A stretch of DNA of 64,000 bases from Eledone cirrhosa (lineage: Eukaryota): positions 131,502,001-131,566,000 of the forward strand of contig OZ024741.1 in assembly GCA_964016885.1 (NCBI GenBank). The letters are read 5' to 3'. A model generated the notes under the pieces. The model did no database searches and was not told the DNA's origin. It saw only the letters and a list, made by a program, of their open reading frames with translations. The translations under genes were made by a program, and so were the position numbers. Shown here in pieces: positions 12,934-25,670 of this stretch (the first letter of the stretch is position 1; every line of letters begins with the position of its first letter).

Positions 12934-15900
12934 ATAATAATAAAATTGAAGACTAAAATCCAAAGAGGGCTCGATAAGGAAAATATATATCAAATATATA
13001 AGAACCGTAGAGCAAATATTTATTAAAATAACAGATTAAAGTTTAAGCAAAGAATCGCTGCTTTCACCCTTAACGGGATCTTCTGAAACTAACAAAGTCA
13101 ATCTGTAAACGCAGAACTGGATATTTAAAAAAACGTTGCAGCCGGAGGAAGACAGGAAGACGATACTTTGGTTCGTGGTAACGTTCGCTGGCAAAGAACG
13201 GGAAAAAACGAATAATACGTCATTAATAGGAGCGGTGAAAAACAATTACGCGCAAAGACAGAACCACGTTTATGGTATAAAAGAGGTCGTAGACTAATGT
13301 TCTCTTAGGTGGTGCATAGAGACGTTCTCTGGCAATGAACGAAAAAACGAAGATAATAAGTCATATGTGGAACGTGGAGAACAATAGCACGCAAACACAA
13401 AACCACGTAAATGGTATAGCAGAAATCGTAGACTAAAATTCTAACTAGGAGACCAAATGAATCTCCGCTTCAGAGTTAAGAACAAAGTAAATAAATACAA
13501 TACAGAAGTAATAGGAACAAATAAATACATACACGCAAACAGATACGTACATACACAAGCATACGCAAAACCTTACCATGGGTATACAAAACCACGCACA
13601 TATAAATATGTGTGTGTGTGTATGCTTGTGTACAAATAAATAAATACTTATATAAACGTATATAAGTAAATAAATACGTATATAACAAGCGCACACGCAT
13701 ACCTACATATAAATACACGAATGTTCGGAGACGTAAGTCAACTAAAACAAGAAATACACATATACACACACCCACCATACGTACGAACCTGCACACTCAC
13801 GCGGACGCAAAACTCCCGTATACACATAGCCAAACCCTAAATACCATAATATGTAAAAATTATACTCTATAACAGTCAAATATACGTACGAGAAGGTATA
13901 CATACCTTCACAAAACATACGGGTAATATATACTTACCTATGCAAATACGTAAAGGAATAAACAAAACATATACTTAGCTCCCACATCAAGACGTAAAAT
14001 ATCCACGTATAGATCGTGCTATCCGTTAGGGTATAACGTGGGGCTGTAATACAGGAAAGTTTTGTGCAATTTATGTTTACAAGCCGAAATTGCCTCAGAT
14101 TTTTTGTTTAAGATGTGGTCTGTAGCGTAGAGTATTTCCAGGGCCTCAGCGGCGCAGAGGTCACATGGTCTTTTATTTCCGTTATATGATCTAGCCCTAG
14201 CTAGGATCTCCCAGTGTAACTTATATTGGGTGTGGTTGTCTTTTAGACTCCAGATATAAGCTGAAAGTGACGTCATATTCCTTCTTAGAGGGTAACGAAA
14301 AGAATGGGTATGCATGTAAAGACGCTGCTTGAAACTATTGGCGGTTAACCCTATGTAGGCCCTACGGGACGTGGGTGTTACAACCTTACATTTGTAGACA
14401 ATGTTACTAGAGAGGCATTTCCCGGATAGGGGGCAATCAGCCCGATTCCTACAATTACAGTTAGTACTACCTACAGGGTTGCACGTGTTCCTACGGCTAG
14501 GTAGTTTAGCTAAATTTGAAGCTGTGATGTTATGTGCAAGGTTAGGAGTCGTAGAGTAAGAAATTAATAGTATTTCTATTAAAAATGTTACTATATTTAT
14601 GTGTAGGGGTAAAATGCTTCGTAATAAGGGAAAGAAAGATCTTAGCTAATGGTGTGGCCACCTCCATATTATATGGTGGGTTAAACCAACAAATGCGACG
14701 GGATCTATTTCTTCTAGGTCTATTTTCGTACACTGTATATGCTACCTTATCGACAAATCCACTTCGAGCAAGAGCTTCATTGTAATAAGTGGAATGGTCG
14801 TTGAAAATGCGCTCGTTGGTGGAAAGACGGGAAAGCCTCAACGAAACGTTTCTTACCAGGTTCTTGGTTATGCTGGCAGGATGGTTGGAATGCTTACTTA
14901 TGTAATTAAGCGTATCATTCGGCTTTCTATACGGGTAATACAACCCATTCAATAAATTGAGGGTAACGTCGAGGTAATTAACGACCGAGAGATTGGCCTC
15001 AACCTGTATAGAGAGGTTGAAGCCTTTAAAGAAGGCTGTGAGTTCTTTTCTGAACCTGTCGCAAGCACGAGGTCCGCACTTAGTCATGGTCAAAAGACTA
15101 TCGTCACGGTACAAACCACCGCCCGCGTTGGGGAATTCGTCCTTGATAGAGAAAAGAAGGAAAAGGCCAATAAGATCAGTAACCTCCGCAGAGTCACTGG
15201 CGCCCATACTCACGTCGAATGGGGTACTATTGGATTTTTTAATCCAAATAGAGTCGTCGAAATTAATCACTGACTTTCGGGCATTAGGAATGACATCAAC
15301 TTCAAAATCCTTAACCACTGTGAGTGTTTTAGCGAAATTGATAGCTCTAAGGAGAAGTGGTAAAGTGATGGAGGAGTAGTAATTGTTGATGTCGAATTGG
15401 ATAAAACGGCAATGTTCCTTGTTACATATGCCGTTGAACCAATCAATCACCGCGAAAGAATTGTTCCACAGTGCGAGAGGGGCCAAACTTCTAATTTCAG
15501 GTATAATTCTATCAAGAATCGTTTTACTAAGTCTACCTAAATCGGACTTCGTAGGGTTAATAAGCCGAATAGAGGGGTTGTTCGGAAAATTGGATTTGTG
15601 ATCCTTCAGGGTAAAGTGGGGAGAGATAGGGTCCAGAGGTTCGGTCCGGTCCAGGATGTTGAGATCAGATGTGATTTTAAACCCAGCATCGTTGATTTCA
15701 TTGATGACGCACCGATTAGTTTTACGGTAATCCTTAGTTACAGCATTATGTAGTAGTTGATGGTAAGTACTGCGCTCCACTTGATATAGGTTGCCAGTTT
15801 TGTCGGAATGGACGTGCACGGCGTTAGAATCCTTAATAGAACGAATTCTATTCTTCAGGTCTTGCTGGAAGGAATTGCTCCTATTCCGAAATTTGATATT

Positions 15901-16674
15901 CCGAATGAGTTCCAAGACATCATTTTCGAAGGGTAGCAATGCTGGGTTCCACGGAGGGTTATTATAAGTTTTAAATCCAAATTTATCCTGTTTGTTGTCT
16001 GCTTTTCGCGGATTATCGAAATAAAAGGCACGCCAACGCAACCTTTTAATGAACGCGTCTGTTTTCTGTATCAGGAGTTTTAGGTATGTTTTCCTGCTTG
16101 GTACGGGTATGTTCTTTGTAGAAATATTCAGATGTTGTTTCTGCATGATGAATATAAGTCAGTAGAGTGCTCAACCGAAGGAGCCAAATAGTAATAATAA
16201 TAAAATTGAAGACTAAAATCCAAAGAGGGCTCGATAAGGAAAATATATATCAAATATATAAGAACCGTAGAGCAAATATTTATTAAAATAACAGATTAAA
16301 GTTTAAGCAAAGAATCGCTGCTTTCACCCTTAACGGGATCTTCTGAAACTAACAAAGTCAATCTGTAAACGCAGAACTGGATATTTCAAAAAACGTTGCA
16401 ACCGGAGGAAGACAGGAAGACGATACTTTGGTTCGTGGTAACGTTCGCTGGCAAAGAACGGGAAAAAACGAATAATACGTCATTAATAGGAGCGGTGAAA
16501 AACAATTACGCGCAAAGACAAAACCACGTTCATGGTATAAAAGAGGTCGTAGACTAATGTTCTCTTAGGTGGTGCATAGAGACGTTCTCTGGCAATGAAC
16601 GAAAAAACGAAGATAACATGTCATATGTGGAGCGATTCTTTGCTTAAACTTTAATCTGTTATTTTAATAAATAT
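12931..16674 (-). mobile_element. Near full-length Penelope-like element (Hydra-like) with two pseudo-LTRs and an inverted 5' segment
   Basis: ~440-bp direct repeats 12931-13371 / 16191-16631 with about half a dozen differences; inverted pLTR piece 16631-16674; inserted in (TA)n. Confidence 0.92.
14019..16146 (-). pseudogene. PLE RT plus C-terminal GIY-YIG ORF (~710 aa) with one frameshift near 14565
   Basis: STKNIP..LRWRAF, SDKT, RLINP, FDI..YY, MGA, GLYRDD, WFNPP, CNCx5Cx5C linker, NIVY..YIG, CDLC. A 2-nt deletion relative to the copy at ~42210 joins ORF 14542-16146 to the frame ending at 14019. Confidence 0.9.
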
Positions 16675-16725
16675 ATATATATATACATGCTAGGGCGAGA
16701 AATAAGAATTCTAACTTTATATATA

Positions 16726-16882
16726 TGCCTTTTTAATCTTATAGCCTGACTTAATTGTTTTTTTTTTGTGTGGTTGATTATGCTAATTGGGAGAGGAAAT
16801 ATATATATATTTCCTCTCCCAATTAGCATAATCAACCACACAAAAAAAAAACAATTAAGTCAGGCTATAAGATTAAAAGGCA
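16726..16882. repeat. Spacer-less palindrome centred on (AT)n
   Basis: ~73-bp arms identical except for one T/A-run indel; centre at 16799-16810. Confidence 0.9.
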
Positions 16883-17048
16883 CCTGTGAAGAAATAATAG
16901 ATAAATAAACGATAGCCATCTATTCGCGGCCAACATCCATAGAATATTTACCCAGCATTTCAATAGCACGTGGAAATCGATTAAATATATCGTCAACCAT
17001 ACACGTCAGCATCGTGAATGGTTGCCAAAAACATATCTATAGATATAC

Positions 17049-17130
<82 letters not shown>

Positions 17131-17563
17131 TGGCAACTATGCTGGCAACCCCATTCTGCCTGTTTAGTCAGAATGTCAATTTTGGACACCCTTCTTGATA
17201 GAAAACACGACATAACAGTAGATGAACGGATGAGAGCCAAAGTCCATCCAATAGTGTGTACTTTGGAATAGATATGTTCATTAACATGTTAATATATCTG
17301 AACAGTAAAGACAGATACTTTTATTGAAACCTACAATGTTGTAATCTTTAAATATCTATTGCGGCTATTGAGGCACAGAAGAATCTTACGCATGATGACA
17401 AAAGCACGGTTAGATAGAGGCGAGAGTATAACATTGAAGTGCCGTCAGTCTCTTTGAGATTGATACATGTTAAGAATATATTAGTGTATATCTTTCTTAG
17501 CAATGGAAATAAGTGGTACAAACGCGTCAATAGCGAAACGATCGCGATTCGGTAGTCATTATT

Positions 17564-17760
17564 GGTGGATTGGCAGTATCGGTAGAGAGTCGGATGCCAT
17601 ATTTTGCAGCATAGAGTTACACCCCTTTACGGTCTGAGTTCAAATCTAACCGAGGTTAACTTTGCCTTTCATCCTTTCGGGGTCGATAAAATAAAGTACC
17701 AGTAATCCAGTAATGCACTGGGATAATTTCTGGCCTTGTGCCAAAAGTAGAAGCAATTAT
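17564..17760 (+). mobile_element. tRNA-derived SINE (extra tail fragment at ~17865-17910)
   Basis: Aligns with 10021-10206. Confidence 0.88.
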
Positions 17761-17977
17761 TATATTTGTTGCTATCTTTTTTTAACAGACCAGCAATATG
17801 AATTGTATGAGTATGTATGTGTAAGTGTGTTTAGGCGTAAACACACTTAATAAAGCAACAGTAAAGCACTGGGATAATTGCTGGCCTTGTGTCAAAAAAT
17901 GAAAACAATTATATATGTATCTATAGAGATACGTTCATATATGTACATATATACATATATTTATGAAAAAATATCAT

Positions 17978-18414
17978 TATTTACATGAACAGGATTGATA
18001 TGCGCAGCCGGGTTAGAAGTGGTATCGATATCATGACCAGCGGGTGTAAAATCAGTCGGCTGGAATTTACAGACGAGATGGTGTTAGTTAACTCGACAGG
18101 TGATCTCCGACTTGCATTTGATACCGAGTGCTGCATGGTTAGAATGAAAACTAGTGCTGCGAAAACTGTGACACTCGTCCCCTCAAGAAAGCCTGCACAG
18201 TGCACTCTACATGTAAATGTAGTTCCACTGAACAGGTAGAGAAGTTCAAGAATTTCAGGGACGTTTTCTTGAGTGACGGTAGGCAGGAAGCTGAATTAAG
18301 TGCAAGAATTGCAGGAGCTGGTGCAGTAATGTGCCAGTTTCAGTATTCAATAATCAGAAGAAGGGAGGTTGGTGTAAAAGCCAAACTCGCTATCTTCAAT
18401 TCGTTATTCGTGCC
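17978..18414 (+). mobile_element. Decayed RTE-clade (Expander/Rex3-like) RT fragment
   Basis: ISRLEFTDEMVL (FADD region), EQVEKFK, ARIAGAGAVM, KAKLAIFNSLFVP. Confidence 0.75.
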
Positions 18415-18434
18415 ATATATATATATATATATAT

Positions 18435-18631
18435 ATAGTTTTAATATAGAAGAGATTCTACAGGACTAGAACTGTTTCATTCATTAGAAATCATCAGGAA
18501 TCTCCTGATGATTTCTAATGAATGAAACAGTTCTAGTCCTGTAGAATCTCTTCTATATTAAAACTATTATACTCTGCTATGTATTGAGTACCTTACTTAC
18601 TGTGGTTACCTCCGATTCAACCCGGAATAAC

Positions 18632-18634
<3 letters not shown>
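18435..18634 (+). mobile_element. Fold-back mini-element with hammerhead core
   Basis: Perfect 65-bp arms 18435-18499 / 18503-18567 with 3-nt loop; CTGATGA-tttc-taat-gaat-GAAAC at 18505-18528; tail ACTCTGCT..TATTGAGTAC; (TA)n flanks. Confidence 0.8.
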
Positions 18635-18679
<45 letters not shown>

Positions 18680-18692
18680 AAATATATAAATT

Positions 18693-18750
<58 letters not shown>

Positions 18751-18965
18751 ATTGGTGTTGGATCGTGCCTAGAGCTGGTCGCCAGAGAAACGATTGTAAT
18801 ATGTCCAATAAATTCCATTCGTCGCAACACTGATTCTCTTTTTTTCTGTGATATATCTATATCTATATATATATATACACACACACACCCACACACATAT
18901 ATATATATGTACGTATATATATATATCCATATATTTAGGGATGGTAAATAACAAATCGTTCTTTA

Positions 18966-19110
18966 AAATCCCGCCGAGGTTAACTTTGCCTTTCATACTT
19001 ATAGGGTCGATAAAATAAAGTACCAGTCACGCACTGGGGTCGATTTAATCGACTTTCCCCTCCCCCCAAATTACTGGCCTTGTGCCTATATAAGAAACCA
19101 TTATTATTAT
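18966..19110 (+). mobile_element. 5'-truncated SINE, long-tail subfamily
   Basis: Core plus GGGGTCGATTTAATCGAC insert, ending AGAAACC(ATT)n. Confidence 0.85.
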
Positions 19111-19131
19111 AAAGAATAGGAGGAGATGGGT

Positions 19132-19202
19132 TATGTGTTGATGTAATGGTAGAACAGTGGTCTGGATAACCAAAGATGTGGGTTCCACTCCCATGTACGT
19201 CA
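19132..19202 (+). pseudogene. tRNA-like sequence (degenerate cloverleaf)
   Basis: TGATGTAATGGT A-box-like; TGGT-CTGGATA-ACCA anticodon arm; GTGGG-TTCCACT-CCCAT T arm; weak acceptor stem. Confidence 0.35.
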
Positions 19203-19639
19203 ATACTCATCTTTTCCCATTTCTTAAAAGATTCTAAACCCCACTATTAGGCTAAAATTTATTTAGCAAAAAAATACGGCGAAAGTATCTATTTCTATTT
19301 CAAACTCGCTCGCTGTTTCAAAAGAAAGTTAGTTGTTATTAATATATACATGCATAAAAATATATATATGGATGTGTGTGTGTGTGTGTTCATATAACTA
19401 TGTACCAATATATTTTATTTTCTCCCTCTTCGTGTTTGTTTCCATTTAACTTGCTTATGAACACACACAAAGTCACAGCAGACTTACTTAGGTACCTACA
19501 CATAGAAAAACACCTTTACATATAAACTCTCTCTGACAACTGAATGTGATATACCATTTGTGAATCTCGAGACGACGCCCCAGTGCCCTCACCAAGTGAC
19601 TTAGTAACTAGCTGATTCTACTACAGAACATCTGAAATA

Positions 19640-22600
19640 TCTCTCCATATATAAAACGGTAGATGTCTGTCTGTGTGTGTGTATGATTTTTATGCATTTC
19701 CACATTTCTCTACCGATTTTGATGATTCTTTTCCCAGTGTGCTCCAAATTTACGAGGGCAGTTCAACGCGATATTATTTTTGCCAAAACTTTCCTGCTTC
19801 TATAAAAAAATCGATAAAATTAAATACATGCTGTAATCCTCTCTCTTACACACTTCATTCTTCTCACTACTACCATCAAAAATATATGAAACTACATACA
19901 TGTTGCAACTCTCTTTAAAAGGTTCACCCTTTCCTCTACTCCACTCTTAATCTCTTCTGTAACACTCTTTAAAAGGTTACTGCCTCCGTCTACTACCCTA
20001 CAGTTTAGAACAACGACAAAACTTCTTTTGAAGGAACGCGACACAAACTTTGAAACCTAAGCAACACATTGATTTATACAACAACGATAGCTTTACTCAC
20101 TCCGTCGCTCTTCCATGTCTCTACAATAGATTATTCCCCCTCTCTATAATTTAACTGCTTTACTCTCTTCATGATTCGAGGTTTAACACTAGCTTCGCTC
20201 TCTCCGTCGCTCTTCTCTCTCTCTATAATAGGTCATTCCCCCTCTTCGAATTTTGATAACTAAGCGACACTCATACATCACATATCAAAATTTAATGCTC
20301 TCTCAACGTTACATTTTACGCACTTACATTTTACATCAAATAACAAATATTCAAAAGCAACAGATGAATTTATAAAACAACAAACGTAACAATAACGACG
20401 CTTAAGCATTTATTTACATGATTCTCAACAAAGACATTATATTTATTGTTGCCCTTTTTGTAATTTTGTTTCTTTGTTTTTCTCAATATGAGACAAAAAA
20501 TTAATGAGAAAACTTTTTTCACGGGATTCTATTCAAAGTCGGGACAATTATTGCTTTTGGTCAGGAGAAGGTCATGAAGCAAAACAATTTCAAATCAATC
20601 AACAATAAGGGCAAAAATCGATCATGATCATTCCCTCTCTCTATAATTTAACTGCTTTACTCTCTATGTCGCTCGTCACTCCCTATATGACAACACTGCA
20701 GTGGAGCGTTCCGTATTAACATACGGCTAATCTGGGGCATTTTCAATCGGCTTATGCAAATAACAACCCGCAAAATAACACTTTATATAACAGATTAATG
20801 CTATAGACATATGAATCGGAATGTAACCCGTGAACCTTTTCCTGGGCAAAATTATTCGAACAGACATGACCTCATTACCAGAGTGTTCAGACTGAAACTG
20901 GCTAAACTCATGGCTTTAATAAAAAAAAGGGTCAGATATTTGGGGCTGTAAAATGTGACATGTTCACCGTCGAATGGCAAAAACGAGGGTTGCCATATGC
21001 TCACATTTTGATTTGGTTAGCTGATAAAATCAATTCAAATGCCATAGACAGCTTCATTTCGGCTGAAATCCCTAACCCGGCAACTGACCAGGAATTACAT
21101 GATATCGTCAAAGCTAATATGGTCCGTGTGCGTTGGGTCCTAATGAGCACCACACGTGTCTGAAAGGGGAGTCGTGCAGTAAGGGATACCCCAAAATATT
21201 TGTTGACCAGACTCAGACTGTTGGCGACGGGTACCCCCTGTACAGGCGGCGACGGCCCGAGAACGGTGGCTTCCCCACAACAGTAAGGGGAGGTCAAGTC
21301 GACAATAGATGGGTGGTCCCTTACTGCCCGCTTCTCTTGAAGATGTTCAACGCCCACATCAACGTTGAGTTTTGCATCTCCGTCAAGTCGATAAAATATA
21401 TATGCAAATATGTAAATAAGGACTCTGATGCCGCAATGTTCGCATTTGAAGCTGAAAATAGCAGGGACGAGGTCACAGAATACCTGGTGAGACGGTACAT
21501 CAGTAGCAATGAAGCTTTTTGGCGCCTATTTGGTTTACCCCTACACCAACGTCACCCCACCGTCGTACAGCTTGCGGTACATTTGGAAAATGGGCAAAGG
21601 GTTTACTTTACGGACCAAACCGACACCAAGTTGGCCACCGATCCGAAAGAGACCACTCTGACGGGTTTCTTCAAACTTTGCCAGTTCGATATATTTGCGC
21701 AAAGAATTGTGTACTCCCAGGTTCCATATGGTCGAAAAACACTTGGGTGCGAAGAAAGTCAGGTCAGGCTGCTGAAAGGCATCCTGGTGTAAAATTTGAC
21801 AGCTGTCTTGGAAGGGTTTACACTGTGCCCCCAAGTCAGCATGAGTGCTTTCATCTCTGCCTTCTTCTGCATGAAGTTGTAGGCTCACAAAGTTTTCAGG
21901 ACCTCAAAACTGTTGATGGAGAAATATGTGATACGTACCGGGAAGCCTGCTTTAAGGGTGGTCGTTTGGAAGATGATTCGTAATTGGATTCCACTTTAGC
22001 AGAGGGTGCTTTGTTGAAATCACCTAAAGGTCTGCGGGAACTCTTTCCCATTTTGCTTCAAATGTGTGAATTGGGTGATCCCAAACCTTTATGGGTCAAG
22101 TACAGAGACTTCATGTCTGAGGACTTCCTGCGCCTGGCTCATCTGCAGTATACTTCAGTGGAAGTTGGTTACAGCGACATTATCTACAACAGGGTACTCA
22201 TCGATATCGAGGACGCCCTCCTCGACGTGGGTGGGAGTGAGTTGGCGACGTATGCCTTGCCGTCAACCGTCAGAGAGGAAGCTAACACGTTGGCCCCGGA
22301 TTTGGTGCGGGAAACAGCATATGACATCGAATCTCTTTCCTAATACTTAGAGGAAAATGAGCCCAGACTTCTGTCGGACCAAAGATTGGCCTATTTAACT
22401 ATCATTGACGCGGTTCAAAATCAGACTGGGGGTATTTACTTTCTCGATGCTCCTGGGGGTACCGGAAAAACTTTTGTAACGAAATTGATTCTCGCTAAGA
22501 TTCGTCAGATTCGTCAGGAAAAAAAATTGCGTTGGCCGTTGCATCGTCCGGGATCGCTGCTACTTTGCTTCCGGGAGGCAGGACAGCACATTCAACCTTT

Positions 22601-22854
22601 AAACACCCTTTGGATTTAGTAAAAACTGAGACACCAACATGTAATATCAGCAAGAGTTCACACGAACCTCTGGCTCTCAAAAAATGTTGCCTCATTGTTT
22701 GGAATGAGTGCACAAAGGCACACAAGGGTGCCCTTGAGGCATTGGACAAGACCCTAAAAGGCATTAGGGATGGCGTATGGGTGGCGTAACCCTTCTGCTA
22801 TCAGGGGATTTTCGGCAAACGCTGCCTGTCATACCCAAAGAGACAAGAGCTGAT
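19640..22854 (+). mobile_element. Decayed autonomous Helitron (RepHel), internally deleted and 3'-truncated
   Basis: Probable 5' A|TC..ATATATAAAA start; Rep motifs EWQKRGLPYAHILIW and SIKYICKYVNK; Pif1 helicase DAPGGTGKT, GRTAHS, GDFRQTLPV; many stops and frameshifts. Confidence 0.92.
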
Positions 22855-22941
22855 GTCACACTCGTTCAGCGCATCGGTAGGGGTTCTCCTACATGGATAT
22901 AAAGTAGTGGCCGTACTCGAAAACGAGTTGGCAGCCACCAT
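22855..22941 (+). mobile_element. 3' fragment of the RTE-related retroposon with (ATGT)n tail, located at the Helitron break
   Basis: Reverse complement of 1163-1249; ATGT repeats to ~23085. Confidence 0.75.
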
Positions 22942-23229
22942 GTATGTATGTATGTATGTATGTATGTATGTATGTATGTATGTATGTATGTATGTATGTA
23001 TGCATGCATGTATGTATGTGTGGGTGTGTGTGTATTTATGTATTATGTATGTATTTATGTATGTATTTATATATGTATGTATGAAGTGAATCAGATGAAC
23101 AAGAGGGCGGATAAAAATAAGCAAACCTAACGTAACAAACACCTAATTTCAGTTTTTAGTCACCCATTCTGAGTTGAGTTTCAACAATAAAGTACCGAAC
23201 ATAAATGTCCAGAAGTATGCGGTTGTGAC

Positions 23230-23860
23230 AAGTCAAAACAGGCTAGTGACTGACCGAACATTGAGAGACTAGGCATTGGGAGAAGAACACAATCTTGTTT
23301 TATGCCCTTGGTGATCGTGAAATCTTTTGATCTGTTGTTTTGAGGTCTAACCTCTCCTATAATGCCGCCGTATGGTGCCCGGATGAGTGCCACAAAACGA
23401 TCAGAGCAACCGATTAGTTTCAGCACCATCTACATCGTTGCGCATGTGTCGAAAGCATGCGGTGGAGAAAGCATTTTTGAGATCACAAAAGACGAGCAAA
23501 GGAGTTTCCATTGTTATATGCATTTTCTTGCAGCTGTCTTTTGTTCCTCGGGACGCTCGAAACCCACACTGAGATTCCGGCACAATTTTTCTGAAATGAC
23601 TAGGAGGCGGCTGAGCAGTATTCTGGCAAACATTTTTGAAGGGGGGATATCTCACGGTAGTTTCCAAATATTCTGCGCTCTTCTCTTTTAAAGAATGTAA
23701 CGATACGAGCGTTCAGCAGATCTGAAGATACTATTTTGGTTTCCCACATTTTCAGAATGAAGCTAAATAGTTTTCTTCTTAAAGACAGACCACCATTTTG
23801 GGTGATCACTAAAATGTTGTAGGGTTCGACATACATTGTTAAAGATGTTGAGACATGGTT
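23230..23860 (-). mobile_element. Decayed RTE-clade RT fragment
   Basis: GNYREIS, VPESQCGFRASRGT, FCDLKNAF, TKGIKQDCVL. Confidence 0.75.
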
Positions 23861-24327
23861 GTAAAGAAACCTGCTGCTGCAGTGGAATTTCTATTAAAAA
23901 GAGTGGTGAAGTGTACTTTCCTGTGGTTTAGGATGATTTGGCTGACTGTGAGAATGTTGGCATTGTCGAGAATCTTCAAAATATCTGTTAATGCTCAGCT
24001 TGGTCTGTAAAATTCTTCTTATAGGCATAGAAATTTCTACGGAGCCTGGTGTCTGCATGTTATTGAAGCTTTTCCTATACATCTGCCGATTTGAATCGCT
24101 CATTACACTTAATGTTCAAGTATTTTAGTTTAACGTCTTTCCGCAACATTTAACATTTTCAGGATCATAATTTTAGTAGTTAATAAGGAACGGAAAGGTT
24201 GTAGGGATGCCGCCATGATACGCAGCATGTCTTGAGCATTTTAAACCTGGCGGAGCCTATCCATCTCCTGGCCGGAATTCAATCGATTTCTTCGAAACGG
24301 TGAGAGACAGAGAGAAAAAAGCAATCT

Positions 24328-24440
24328 CTGTACTGGAATGGTACTTTATTTATCGACCAGGAAATGATGAAAGGTAAGTTGAACTCGATGGGATGTGAAC
24401 ACAAAACAGAGTGACTGGAACAAATGCCCTACCAATTCAA
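24328..24440 (-). mobile_element. Old SINE copy
   Basis: GGTACTTTATTTATCGACC..GATGAAAGGTAAG. Confidence 0.6.
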
Positions 24441-24469
24441 TTTGTCGACGTAGTAAATGTAGAAAACAG

Positions 24470-24655
24470 AGATTTTACGGGCAAAACCAACCGACAGGAG
24501 ACCCAGTAATAAACTCCGAGAAAGATGGTTGGATGACATCCATGAGCTCGGCTGGTCTCACTTGGGGAGCCAGCCTGATCAATTGGGGACAGTTAACTCT
24601 GAGAAGTTCTGCCGAAAGGCGTGCTTTAAGACTCTGTCTGCACACCCTTCCCAAT

Positions 24656-24688
<33 letters not shown>

Positions 24689-24756
24689 AAGAAGAAGAAG
24701 AAGAAGAAGAAGAAGAAGAAGAAGAAGAAGAAGAAGAAGAAGAAGAAGAAGAAGAA
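24470..24756 (+). mobile_element. RTE (Expander-like) 3' end with (GAA)n tail
   Basis: RERWLDDIHELGWSHLG-like translation; similar to 25900-26310. Confidence 0.65.
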
Positions 24757-25514
24757 ATCTGGGAATGATAGAATTGGTTGGAAAAATATACTTTTAAAAA
24801 TATCTATAATATTCCGTATTATAACAAAAATATATTTCATATAAATTATATTAAGAGTAGATCGTATAACATTAATAGAAATTTATATCACTATTAAAAG
24901 TGCGTTTTTCAGCCGCCGTCACCTACCACCTCCCCTACTTCTCCGTACTATACACATTCATTTTATTTCATACGAAGTGAAGAATCCTGAACTAATTTAT
25001 GTTAGTATAAAAATTATTAAGCTTAGATAGATAAGTGTTATGCGAAAAAACAAATAATAATTTCATTTGTTTGGACAAAAATATATATAAGATGAAAAAG
25101 TAAAAGAAAATCTGGTAGGATTTATCTATGTAAGTGATCAGAAGACGCTAATGGAATATTTTCGTTTGGTATTATAAAGAATTATATTATGAAAATATCA
25201 TGAATACTTAAGATATGTGTACATTATTATCGGTTATTCGGGAGGAAGGGTAGTGCACACGACATTTTGTCAAGAGCTTCTGAGACTTCTTAGTAGGAAA
25301 GGAGGAAATCATTCTCAAACAGGAAATATGGCCCAAATGCTTGTAACAGGTTGGGCCTCACTAATGTCACTCAATGGCCAGATGGTGGTATTAAGCCAAG
25401 TGACGGTTTAAATCTACCATCAAATTAAGCCACAGTGAGATTTAAGCTCAGGACGCAAAGAACTGGAACAAAACAATGCTATGCATCTCGTCAAACGGAT
25501 CCCACCAACCATCC

Positions 25515-25670
25515 TGTCTGGTATTTTATTTTGTCGACCCCGAAAAGATGAAAGACAATGTTGACTTTGGCGGGATGTGAACTCAGACATCCGGAATACA
25601 TCGGCGGGATGTGAGCTTGGGCATCCGGGACAAATAATGCAAAGTCTTTTGTCCTACTCTTTAACATGTC
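25515..25670 (-). mobile_element. Old SINE copy with internal duplication
   Basis: GGTATTTTATTTTGTCGACCCCGAAAAGATGAAAG..GGCGGGATGTGAACTCAG. Confidence 0.65.

Noticed and set aside
14019-16146. Naiad-type selenoprotein PLE
   Set aside because: The endonuclease is C-terminal and the break is a frameshift, not an in-frame TGA.
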